Made by a program: the position numbers and the translations under genes. This document shows positions 26,041-37,379 of a DNA stretch of 64,000 nt, in pieces; the stretch's first letter is position 1; every line of letters starts with the position of its first letter. A model generated the notes under the pieces. That model was not told where the DNA came from. It saw only the letters and a list, made by a program, of their open reading frames with translations, and searched no databases. The stretch spans positions 7,068,001 through 7,132,000 of the forward strand of contig OU015568.1 of NCBI GenBank assembly GCA_907165135.1. Reading direction: 5' to 3'. The stretch is from Oikopleura dioica. Its lineage: Eukaryota; Animalia; Chordata.

Positions 26041-29000
26041 TCAGCCGACATTGCCGCGCTCAAGGTCCAGCATCAGCGCTGCTATCGACGTTATTCCTGC
26101 GTTGTAATCTCAAAAAAGCATTATTGGGCAGTTCAAGGGATGAATGTACCTAATGCAACTTCGTTCCTCACGAAGTCTGTTCGGTTATTGACAAAGATAT
26201 CGTTCTCATCAGGACCTCCGACGAGCGCGCCGAGGAGAACTTGTGGATTAGGTCGATCGTTCTGAAAGAAATGTATTTTGAACTTTGGAAAGAATATTTT
26301 CCTACCCTGTATGCTTCCCAGCTGCATGGTCCTATAAGAGAGCAGCTTGCAGCCCGATGGTGTGGACGGTCAGGAAAGTTTTTTCCATAGCCGACCAAGA
26401 AACTTCTTCCTTGTCCGCCCAATATGTAGTCAAGCTGAATTAGAACATATAGACACTATTTATAGACGCTTTCTTCACAGCTGAGTCTAGGACTCCCCTC
26501 GGCCGCTCGGAATCAGCGGTTATATTGCGGCATTTCCAAGCCTATCGGAGAATGACTCGTCTGCAGATGACCGGCAGACCGACAGACTCAGCTGGCGAGG
26601 ATAGTCTCAGTGATTCCACTTTACCTGCGACATGGCAAATTTTCTATAATTCGACTGACGTATCGAGTCCATTCCCATCAGCGTCCCAGCTCGGAGACAG
26701 ATGTATGCGATGTTCAGCGCATGGCGTAGAACACCCCACTTTTCGATGAACAACAGTCCTCCAGGAGTGTACTTTGCACCTCCAGTTGGCATGTTATAAT
26801 CGCAGAATGTACTGATATCCGCTTTATACTTTGCATTGTCGGGATTCAGCTCTGCCATCAAAAGTTGGACTCCAGCATGTTTTTGGTCCCAGTTAAAGGA
26901 GTCGACTCTTTTATCGAGTTGGAATACAGAGTATGCGGATTTCGCTCTTTCAGGAGATAGAAAGTCAAATATGGAAATAGGGTTCTTTTTTCATTTTCTA
27001 TCCTTTCCTGTTCATGTACTTTATTTTGTCGATTTCAGTCTTGAAATATTTTAGAATCGACCTCGTCAAATGCCTTTATTAGTCAAAATACCTTTGAGGC
27101 CTTGTAAAGCCACAATGCTCCCCAAGCCAGCTCATCAGTGTAATCGTTAGATGGGTAGTAATCTGATGAAGTTTGAAGAAAATGAAATTGTTCAAGAATG
27201 TTATTTTGAAATTTACAAAGAGATTATCAAACTCTAATCTTTGACCTCGCGAACTACATCGGAGTACTTGCCCCTGTGTTTATCGCCATAATCGTAAATT
27301 TCTTTAGCCTTAAACCAACACTTGGAAGCCAGGGTCTCATCCGACACGACCATGGAAGCTGCAGCCAGCGCACCAGCTACTTCAGCAGCAAGGTCCGTTC
27401 CGTGAGTCCACTGCGTCACTTTCAGGCATGGGCGAACACTGTTTTGGTCCTGTCCGGCGGTTTTCTCAGTGCTCTATCTCATGGAAAACTTGCGCTAGTA
27501 TAAAGTAAGAACCTCAGATGACGCAGATGATGATTTTAAGCTCCAGCTTCCGGGATTTGTGTCGTCTTTACTGACAAAAGTAGATCGCGGAAAATTATAT
27601 TCTGAAGAAGCACTGACTGGGAAACCTATCAGATCTGTCATAAATTGAAACGGAAAAGTTATGTCAGGTCAGCACAGAAAAAGAAAGAATCATCATTAGG
27701 CCATGATCATTAGGCAATGGAAATCATAGAAGTTCCTTATAAATGATAGGCGAAGCACTGAGTAGAAAACCTTTCCTGGGGCCGTCCCCAGTATTGATGA
27801 TCAATTTCAGGATCTCCTACGATGGCATAGACCTCTCTAGGGGACGGATTTGTTTTGAGCAAATATTCTGCTCCATGCGTTATGATTTTCGACAGGTCTG
27901 CCCAACGCCCAACACTCTCAAGTGTTGATCTTTGAGAGGCTGTTAGAATTGATATTAATGTCGCTTTCAATCAGTAAGTTGTAGCCTTTCCTATGTTCAA
28001 TTGCGCCCCAGGAGAGCATCGTCATCGTCCACGCCAACGGGAAGGTGTATTTCATAAAGTCGCCAGCTTAAGAAATTGTTATTGAAAGGCTATTGATAAT
28101 GGTTTTACAGTCGTAAAAGCCTCCACTAAGATCCACCCCACATGGTCGACCATCGTTTTCGTGTGCGCTCAGCCGCCAACGGACAGGATGATCGATAGGC
28201 AACTTGACGGCGGCTTCAGATTAGTGTTTTGTTTTTAATATTAATCAAACTCTTTTAAAACATTTGCTTTTACAGCCGATTCCCTTTCCAGACATTTGAG
28301 AAAAGTAAAAGAGTGAAGAAAGTTTGATAATGGACGTCCAATCATGACAAGAGTACCGTTCAAACTTGACAGTAGGACGAGGCGTAGGAGCTTCAGTTAC
28401 TCTTTTTGGATAGAAATTATGTTTGATCAGCAAAATGTAGGTTCTGCTATGTAACTACCTTTCCTTGAACTTGGGTGTCAGATGATGTCTCCGAGACGAC
28501 ATGAGAAGGAGTGGGATGTTCTGGAGAGCCATGCGCATCATAACTCTTGTAATAGCCTTCTGAAGAAAGCACTGACTGCGCCCTGGAACTGCCAATTCCA
28601 GTGGGGTCATACGTCAATTGACAACTAGACGAGTCGAATTTGAACATCCTTCTGATAGTCGTCGATAACTTCAGCCCGTCTATTGTCACACACCAACATA
28701 GGTTCATCTTTGGCCAGCACTGACTCGGGCTGAAATCCCCATTTTCAAGGCACGCGTGTCGAAAACAGCTTGGCTTGAATCATTCTTAGTTACGGAGATG
28801 AATCAAGTTACTGAATACCGTTTTGCATCGCATTTTCTCCGCAATGCTGCGTTTTTCGCACTTTGTAAAGGTCCTCTTTGTTGTTGGCACGGTAGTCGTT
28901 GTTGTTGTCGGTCGCGTTGTTCTTTTACGGGGCCATATCTTTTTCATTCTCTCCATGAATTGAGAAAAAAAATCAATAAAATTTTGCTGTTGAGACTAAG

Positions 29001-31260
29001 CTGAAATATTCAGATTCTCCATTGGCCCCTTTCCTTACTTCACCAAAGGAATTCATGATAATTTCTGTCTGGGTGCTTTCTTCGAGTAGCTTCAGTCGCT
29101 GATTGATTTCATTTAGCGTTTGTTGCGCTCGTGAATTGAAAACTCCAGATACACCGGCAAGATTTCCACTGAAGTTGATGTTGTTGCCTCCTTCAGACAT
29201 TCCCTTGATCAGGTTTGAGCTCAAGTTTGCGTACGGATCAGCAGTTGTTTTCGGCTGTGGAGCCTCTGTCGGGTCACGCCCAAATAAAGATGAGTCGAGC
29301 CAGGATAATTGGGATCTGTAATTATCTTTAAACATAGCTGCATTGTTCCATTTGATACTTTCGGCTTGAGAATCAGCTTGTTGCTTTCTGTCATTGACTG
29401 GATCTGTATACGACTTTACAGATGAGGCCCCTTCTGGCTTGGGCAAATTTGAGAAGCCCTCGTTGTAACTGACTATATTTCGGGAAATGCCCTCGTCGTA
29501 GTTAGCGTTTGATCCGTCGGGATACCAAATTGTCCCCAAAAGAGCTACGGCCGGTTGAGGAATCATTCCAGGAGGCATCCCAGGAGTTCGATCGAACTCG
29601 ACCATGATTCGCATTCGCATCATTGTTCCCTGAAGTCGCACGCCGTTCCAGTGGTTGTTGTGCAGCATGGCTGTTACTCCATCGGACGGGCTTTGGACTG
29701 TCGGCTCGTATTCCCAATTTTCTAGTTTCGAGATCGGCATTGAAAACTTCAGCGTCATTGACCAGCCATCAACATCTCGAGTGACAGGGACGTAAAGAAT
29801 GCCAATGTATCCGCCGTCTGTATCTGACTCCCATCTCGTCTCTGTAAAAAATTTGTAGTTGGGATAGTCTGGCATGTCAGGGTCAAATTCAAGCACGCCG
29901 TCGCCGTCCAAGTCTACGTATTTGTCAGGATTTTTATTTTTGAACTCCTGTCTGTCTTTTTCTCCCATGGCATGGAATAGTGCTCCTTCTGTCTCTCCTT
30001 CCCACTGGTCGGAAACTTCAGCGTTGAACGGATTTCCTGTCGTTCGAACTTCTGGCGGCTTTTCGATTCGGACCTCTCCTCGTGACTGTGAGACCATTCC
30101 ACTTCGAACATCATCCGAACGGTAGGAATTCTTAATCATGGTTTCCTAAATAAATAACGTCAAAATCATTTCTTCTGAAGGTAACTCTGCTGATTATTAC
30201 GCTTTTTTTATAGGAAACCACGATCCTGATAGTTTAGCAAGCTGCGTTCTCCGTTTCCATTCGAAGAAAAGCCAGCGGTTTGCTGCGGGCCAGAAGAATA
30301 TCGCTCAAGGAATGTATCGGAGTTTCGCGCCTCTGCCATTCGTTCGTTTTGCTGACTTTGCTGGAGCAATTGTCTTCTAGCACTTTCCAAGCGCGACGAA
30401 GAATCGAATTGAAACTTCTGCGTTTGAAAAAAGATAGGAGCTCTAGTTGTTGGTGCGTAAATCTTCGTACTTTGAGTTGTCGGCGGGATGGTGGGCCGAG
30501 TCGTCCTCCAAGATGGTCCTGTGGGCGCTGGTGTTCCTCCTTGATCCCAGAGATTGGCTCCGTTCCATTCTGGAAGACCCTGCGGTTCACGAGCTGAGGG
30601 AGCATTGACCGTATTCGAGCTTCGAATATTCTCTTGCGGAATGAATCTATCTAGTCGGTCGAATGATGATGCAGTTGGTTGAGTTTGAGATACCCCTTTC
30701 CATCCGTTTGCTTCTGATACAGAGGAAGTGTAGCTGAAAGAACTTGATTCTTGGCTGGAAAAACTGGAAGTTTGTCTAGAAGCTGATGATCTGGCTGGAT
30801 CGATTCCTCCTCCAAGTTTTCCAAGCTCTTTGAAAGACGGTCCATGATGAGGACTCGACGGTTTTCTTGCAGAAGACCAACTTGAAGGCTGCCAACCACC
30901 ACCTGATGATGGCTTCGATACTTTTGAAACGAGAGAACTTGATGAGGGCCCTGAAGATCGTTGAAAACTCGGTCCGCTGCTTGAAGGGGCCTGATTCTGC
31001 GAATTAAAACTTCGTGAAGGGAACGACCTAGAGCTCTGAGCTGGAGGCGGAGCAGCAGCGTTCGGTGCTTTTGTTGGAGGCCTTTCGATAATGAGTGGTT
31101 TCTTGATTCCGAATTCCCTCTTTACATCCGCTCTCACAGGCTTAAATGGCCGCGTTTCGACTTCTCTGGAATTCGAGCGTCCTCCTGCTCCATAAATTGT
31201 AAAACCGCCATGAGTTGGATGTATAAAAATGAAGATTAAAAGGTTTAATAAACACTTCAT
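26041..31260 (-). CDS. Secreted modular GH9 endoglucanase: signal peptide, S/P/T-rich region, DxDxDG loop, CBM2-like module, thyroglobulin type-1 domain, GH9 domain; about 15 exons
   Basis: GH9 motifs SGKLP, DLSGGFYDSGDFMKYTFP, GTDLAAEVAGALAAAS, YTDELAWGALWLYKA, RSFLVGYG..PDRPHHRAASC and LLGALVGGPD...NEVALDYNAG. TY motif CLENGDFSPSQCWPKMNLCWCVTIDG. Signal peptide MKCLLNLLIFIFIHPTHG. The GH9 call is firm; linking the upstream exons needs non-canonical donors. Confidence 0.85.
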
Positions 31261-32876
31261 GTAACGGAAAAAGGAATGGGCCAATTGTAAATATATTGTG
31301 TCATAAAAAAAGGGATTATTTACTCGGAAGGAGCATTGGCCTTCCCCCAAGGCGGTAGCTGAATCAGTAAATGGTCATTTCGAGAGCATTCTAAGCTATT
31401 TCGTTTTATGAAATTTATGTGGGCACATTTTCATTATTTGGCTTTTTCCTATCTCAGGGTAAGGACCTTTTAGGGGCTTCAGGGAGCGCTTTGTGATTCA
31501 CCAGATTCATCAATTGGTATGCTAATGGCGCGGTGAGAATATGGCCGTGCTCATTTGACAAACTTGAGTAATTTTGAATAAATTTACATTGTAGTACGGC
31601 CCAGCGCTTTAGTCATTTGATGGGCTCTTGTGATGCTCTAATCAGAATCTTTTTATTTGTCGATTTATGATTTTCAAACAGCCATTCGTAAATTTATTAC
31701 TCAAGAAATTCCTACTACTCTTTTGCACATCATTTTCCATGATTAACTTTCTGGTTGAGTTTGAAAAAGATTGTTTTTGAGGATGATTTATTTCCGGTTG
31801 CTGTGTTTTCAAATGAAAGAAATGGGGCTTGGCTTGGCCCATTTTTTATGACATAAATTGATCAAAATCTGGATAACGATGAACAGATTTTCTATCATAA
31901 GACTTCCTAGAAAAGAAGCTTTCTAAGAATTTCCCCGGGCAAAATACCGAACCGTCTCGAGTTTTGTCTGCCTTTTTTTCGGGACATTTACTAATCACCA
32001 ATTTTACGTAGCTTTCTTCCTTATTTTCCCTTGTGATGTCTGAATTAGTTTTTAATTTGTGATCCTTGATGTCTTTTTCTTTTTCAATAAGGTAGCGTCA
32101 TTGTTTATCCAATAGCTTGTTGAACTTGAAAGAAAAGAAAGAAAGTCTGACAAGTTCACATCAGCAACAAGGAAAATAATAAAGAGAAGGCTAAAAACGA
32201 CAATCAGGAATAACACTTCCGCGTGGCCTAATCATAAACCAAATAGGTGCACCACGAGCAGCGTCCTCCATAAAGCAAGGAAACATGCTTTTTGCGCCCT
32301 CCCGCCAGCGCCGTTAAAAAGACTCAAAGGCGCACAATCAAGATCAGAGATTTTTTGAGGCAGCTTAAAAAAACGACAAAACCCAAGTCCAAAAAGCGAG
32401 AGAACCGCTGAATAAATAAATTTTCAAAACAAAGCAAAAAATATGAAATTGAAAATAACAGAAAACGACAACGAGACGCAGTCCTTTACAAACGCAGACA
32501 TAGAGGTTGGGAATAAATACGACTTCATCATGAAAAACGTAAGTAACAATACTACTGTAGCTTCTAAGTAAGGTTCCTTCCTCTCCTTGACCTTTTAATT
32601 CAACACAGGCTGATCTACAGTGACCTGCTGGCAAAATTGAAGGTGATACTGGGGGCTATTTTTATTTGTAAAATCAAAAACAATAACATTACTAATTTGC
32701 ATTTAATTAAGCCTCCCCTAAATTACCTACGCTTGGGAGCGCGCGTTTATTAAAAATGCGTCAACTTTGAGTCTACGCTCCCTTTGAAAATCCTTCATCA
32801 GTAGAGTTCGTTTTTGTAGACTCAATCGAGTCTAATCCCTCGTGCTAATTAGCCTATTTACTGACTGAATTTACTT

Positions 32877-33268
32877 GAGTAGGCTTCACTTGGACAAGAG
32901 CTTCATTTCGACAGAGCTTCACTTTGACAAAAGCTTCACTTGGACAACCTTTAGGCGAATATGAAAAACGATTATTTATAAATAACGTAATAAATAATAA
33001 CTAATTATTGCGAAATTTTAAGGATAATAGACACTATCAGATGTTTTTCTTGATTTAAAAATAAACAAATACAGTTTTTTCACCGATAAATTTATTTTAT
33101 CGGATATTAATGTAAGTTACTTGCCAATTTTATGAAAACTGTTACTTTCGCTTTGGGTATCGTTTATCAAATTCATAAAAAGGACCTTCTTAAAATGTTG
33201 TCAAAGTGAAGCTTTTGTCCAAGTGAAGCTCTGTCGAAACGAAGCTCTTGTCGAAGTGAAGCCTACTC
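32877..33268. mobile_element. Foldback/Mutator-like MITE with tandemly repeated TIRs and a 9-bp TSD
   Basis: About 72-bp TIRs built from about 18-bp units (GCTTCACTTGGACAAGA); ends GAGTAGG...CCTACTC; flanks AATTTACTT and AATTTACTC. Confidence 0.85.
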
Positions 33269-34160
33269 AATTTACTCGACTCGCCAGATCTCAAGAGAAG
33301 CTTCAACTTGCCTTCAATTGAATGGCTTTCATTTTCTAGAAAGTTTTTTCAAGAACAACTGAATGGGGTCAGCTCAGAATCCATAGCAGGGTTTCTAAGA
33401 AAGAGAAAACAAAAAATGAAGGAGGACAATTTTGAATCCATCAAGGTCAATGACTTTGAGTTGAGTTTTACGACGTCTCGTAAGGTAAATTACTGATTGT
33501 AATGACAATTAAGACTCATTGAAGTCTAAATTGCCCAAGTCTGGCCGTCTTTTTTCGGGTTTTTTTTCCTGGGAATGTTTTTCCGAAGGAAAATTAGCAG
33601 GTCTACTCTTGTAGATCCGGTCTATAAAAGGTAGCTTTGCGATTCCGTGGCCATAACTACTGCCCTTCAAAATCTGCAAATTACTTCTTTTATAGTTTGA
33701 GTTTAATTAGTATGAGTTCGTCACACGAACCCACTCTTTCTTCTGACCAGGACCACTCCCACCGGGGCCCGGTCACGTGCCGGTTCACTTCTGAACAGAT
33801 AAGAGTTTACGTCAGAAATAAACCCAACTCAGCAGTTTTGCTTTTATCAAGCTCGTCGAGCATTTTATCAATTAGCAGAGCTGTGAGAGGCACAACAAAG
33901 GCGTTGACCGTGATGAGAGTGCGAGATGCTCAGAAGGAGGTCCCCTTTGTGTGGCTCTCTTTCCAGAGATCACAGTGCTTTTCAAATTTGAAACCTCCCC
34001 TGATCAAAACTCGTGACAGCAAAAAGCTTCAATAGCTTCAAAATTTTTCTGAACCAAAAAATGGCAGGAGAGGAAAATGAGGAGAACTCCAGTCTTCTCG
34101 AAAATGAGAGGGTTGGGAAGAAAGAGGGTTGAAAAACGTCTAACTCTGTTCTTTCAGAAA

Positions 34161-35064
34161 ATGGCCTCCTCTTCGCTCAAGAAGAAGTTCAAATTCTGCA
34201 CGAGTTCATTCTGCGCCGCTGGACTTGCAGTCACGTGTACCATCGTCATTACGATTTTGATACTCATGACTAAAATGAATGGTATGTATTGGTTGAGTCG
34301 GCCTATTCTGAGAATCATGAGATAGTCTTTTCAAAATCGTCTATTTTACGATTTGTCAGACGACTATTAAATCGCGCTCTTTTTCTTAATTATAGGATCC
34401 CAATTAACACATCTTTCAGGACCACCGGCGTTGGAACTCGCGGAGGCTAAAATTTCGCAACTGGAAAACGAACTGTACCACTGTCAAAACGTCGCGGAAG
34501 GATCTGGCGAAGAATCGTATCTTCTCAGCGATGATGAGGACGTGAATCTCCGAGCTCCTGCTCTGGCGAAGAATGAACGATTGATGGACTCCCTCGTCGG
34601 AAAATGGAAACAAGTTCGGACTGAAAACATGGAAGAGTACATGACGCTCGAAGGAAACACGCAAATGCATATCAACATGGCGCACAAGTTCAATCCCAAC
34701 ATGGAAATTACCAAAACGAGCGAAGGGTAAGTTTAAACTCATCCTTTCTGCCGATTAACTCTTTGTTTCTAGGGAGTATTCTCAACGGATTTATGTCACC
34801 TCTTTCGGCTTTCAAGTTTACAACGAACAGTGGCCGTGGAACTTGAACGGCAAAATGATGCAGTACAAGAACTTCTTCGAAGACACAGTCAACGCCGTCG
34901 CCTACGATGACGGGAAGAAAGTTACGTCTACCAACATGGGTAGCACAAAAGGACCGCAAATCACGACGATGGAGCTGATCAACGGCGAGCTCCATTTGAC
35001 TTTAATTCTGACCGAGCAGAACTACGTCCGCACTGTTAAAATCTTCCAGCGCGTAGACTACTAG
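34161..35064 (+). CDS. FABP/calycin-like protein with N-terminal signal-anchor, paralog 2 (exons 34161-34281, 34420-34726, 34773-35064)
   Basis: MASSSLKKKFKF...GLAVTCTIVITILILM, coiled coil, AEGSGEE, LVGKWKQVRTENMEEYMTLEG, GPQITTMELINGELHLTL...VKIFQRV. Confidence 0.85.
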
Positions 35065-35883
35065 ACTTTTTTCATTCAACACTTCACTCGTTTAATTTAT
35101 TCTTATTTCTACTTTTTCCTCACACAATGACGGTTAACCGAGTAAAGCTCGACTCACTCTTTTAAAACCTGAAAAACTGAAGCCAAAGAATTATCACTTT
35201 TTTCTGAAGAAACCCTGCTGTACATATTATTTTATAAATAATGTATTTTTTCTTTCGCTCAAAGCTAAATATATTATCCGCACATTTTAATAATTTCTTA
35301 TTCGTTTGCTCAAGATCGGGAAATATTCTGTTTCCAGTCCTCGTGACTGATCCTCGTGATCAGTCGTTTAAAAAACTAGCAGTGCCTTAATTTGGAATTG
35401 GCGGCTAATCTTCAAGTATTAAAATTTGTCTGGGACTTGGATGCAGGGGTGGATATTTTGATTTCAAAAAGTTTTTCCATTTTTCTAAAAGGCGGGATTC
35501 CAGTTTTTCCATTTTTCCGAAATCGGAATGAAGACGAATCCCATTTTGGAATCCAATTTTTTCAAATGGAAAAAAGAAATAATTTTTCATTCCGAATTCC
35601 GAATTTGATAGGGCAACGAAAAAATCAAGATTTGAAAAATGGAATAAGGAATGATTCCATTTTCCGTTTTTCATTTGAAACTTATTCATTGCGAATACTT
35701 AGCGCTCGAGGACCCCTTACCTCGGCAGAACTCAAATAAATAAAAATAAGAAGGATCTAAAAAAATAAACCATAAGAATTGTTCAACAAGAACTAATTTC
35801 ATTTTTATAAAGAAGAGGTGAGGGCGGGGTTGGGGAAAGAACCCATTTTTCCGAACATATAAGGTGAACGTTCGCTACCTTTA

Positions 35884-36100
35884 TCAAGCCCATTTAAAAT
35901 TTAAAGCCAGGGAAGGGGGGAAACGGCCCTTCGGGCCGTCAAGCCCATTTAAAATTTAAAGCCAGGGAAGGGGGGAAACGGCCCTTCGGGCCGTCAAGCC
36001 AATTTAAAATTTAAAGCCAGGGAAGGGGGGAAACGGCCCTTCGGGCCGTCAAGCTCATTTAAAATTTAAAGACGGAGAAGGGGGAGGAACGGCCCTTCAG
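35884..36100. repeat. 55-bp tandem repeat, about 3.9 copies
   Basis: Unit starts at 35884, 35939, 35994 and 36049: TCAAGCCCATTTAAAATTTAAAGCCAGGGAAGGGGGGAAACGGCCCTTCGGGCCG. Confidence 0.92.
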
Positions 36101-36142
36101 TACTTGAAAATCCCATGTTTCGCCAATTTTGCAGATCAGAGT

Positions 36143-36676
36143 CTGGCCTCGGAATCCTGTAAACAGGAACAGGGACAGGAACAGGGATTTTATTTTTTGG
36201 CCCATTTGCAAGACAGGAAACAGGACAGGATAAAAAACACAGGAACAGGTCCTGTTTTACAGGTTTCGCAGGCTTTGCAGGCCTGTAAACTCAAATTTCA
36301 GGGTTTTAATTTTTTCTTGAAGAATCAAAATTAAGAATTTTTTTCTCGTTATTATCATGTCTATAGACAGTTTCAACTATAAAAGGTTCTTTATAACATA
36401 TTTGAGAGAAATTCCAAGAAAATTTTTACGAAAAATACCTGATCTTCCCCATTTCTCGCCTGTTTTCCTGCAATTTTTTAACAGGCCTGTTTCACTTTTA
36501 CAGGGCTGTTCCTGTATACAGGCGTGTTTTCCTGTATTTCCTGTATTTCCTGTTAACAGGCCTGTTTACAGGTTTATTTTGGTCTCGAAATGCAAGACAG
36601 GAAACAGGACAGGGTCCAAAAAACAGGAAACAGGACCTGTTTCAGGTTTTTAGACAGGTCAGAATTCCGAGGCCAG
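36143..36676. mobile_element. MITE family D, 534 bp, CTGG...CCAG ends, 8-bp TSD
   Basis: TIR CTGGCCTCGGAAT/ATTCCGAGGCCAG; perfect TSD ATCAGAGT at 36135-36142 and 36677-36684; many internal ACAGG/CCTGT units. Confidence 0.9.
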
Positions 36677-37379
36677 ATCAGAGTTCTAAAATGAAATAAC
36701 TGGAATTAAAAAATGGAATAACTGGAATCCCATTTTCCAAAAATACATATTTCTCACTTTGGAATAACTGGAATCCCAAAAAAATGGAAATCCCATATTC
36801 CGAAATTGAGCTGACTTTTTTTGGGAAAAGTTGAAAATGGAATGATTTCTCATTCCAAAATGGAAAAAATGGAAAAACTGGAATTCCATCCCTCCGAAAA
36901 ATGGAAAAACATTTTGAAATCAAATTATCCATCCCTGCTTGGATGATTGAAAAATTATTCCATTTGAGCAGCTCGATAAAAGCCGGATATGATCTATCAC
37001 GAGTTGATCCTCAGACATGCCCAGTCCTACGGAAATAGTTCGAAGCAAACTTAGTTTGACTAGCTGGCTTAGCTTGGCTTTAGATAGAAGCACCGGAGTT
37101 CCACAAGAAAATGGAAAGTTGGTCGTCTTTTACTTTTCATTTATTATATTGGTATGTGTAGCAGCATTTTGAACGAGCAGGTATTCAATTATATTTATAA
37201 ACAAAATCAAGCTTGAAAGTTTGAATTCACAAAACTGAATCAACAAAAGTGGACATAGTTTTAGCTCTTTCCACGAAAACTATTTACTACTTTATACTTT
37301 ACTGTAAACAAGAAGACATTCATTGAGATACATGCACAGTTGAAAATTCTCCTTCTCAAATTTTCAACCGAAAGTTGAT

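Larger units (their letters stand above)
35390..36965. mobile_element. Old degenerate TIR element hosting a tandem repeat and a younger MITE
   Basis: 35440-35540 is the approximate reverse complement of 36860-36940 (GGATA.TTTGATTTCAAAA.GTTTTTCCATTTTTC). Boundaries approximate. Confidence 0.6.

Noticed and set aside
26041-28400. GH9 as a recent bacterial horizontal transfer or contaminant
   Set aside because: The gene is intron-rich and embedded among animal genes, and GH9 is an ancient metazoan family.
32767-32825. 59-bp segment with 10-bp inverted ends (TTGAGTCTAC/GTAGACTCAA)
   Set aside because: Too short, with no TSD or second copy, to call a mobile element.
35884-36100. CRISPR-like appearance (regular repeats with a hairpin)
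   Set aside because: Units are contiguous with no unique spacers, there are no cas genes, and the context is eukaryotic.
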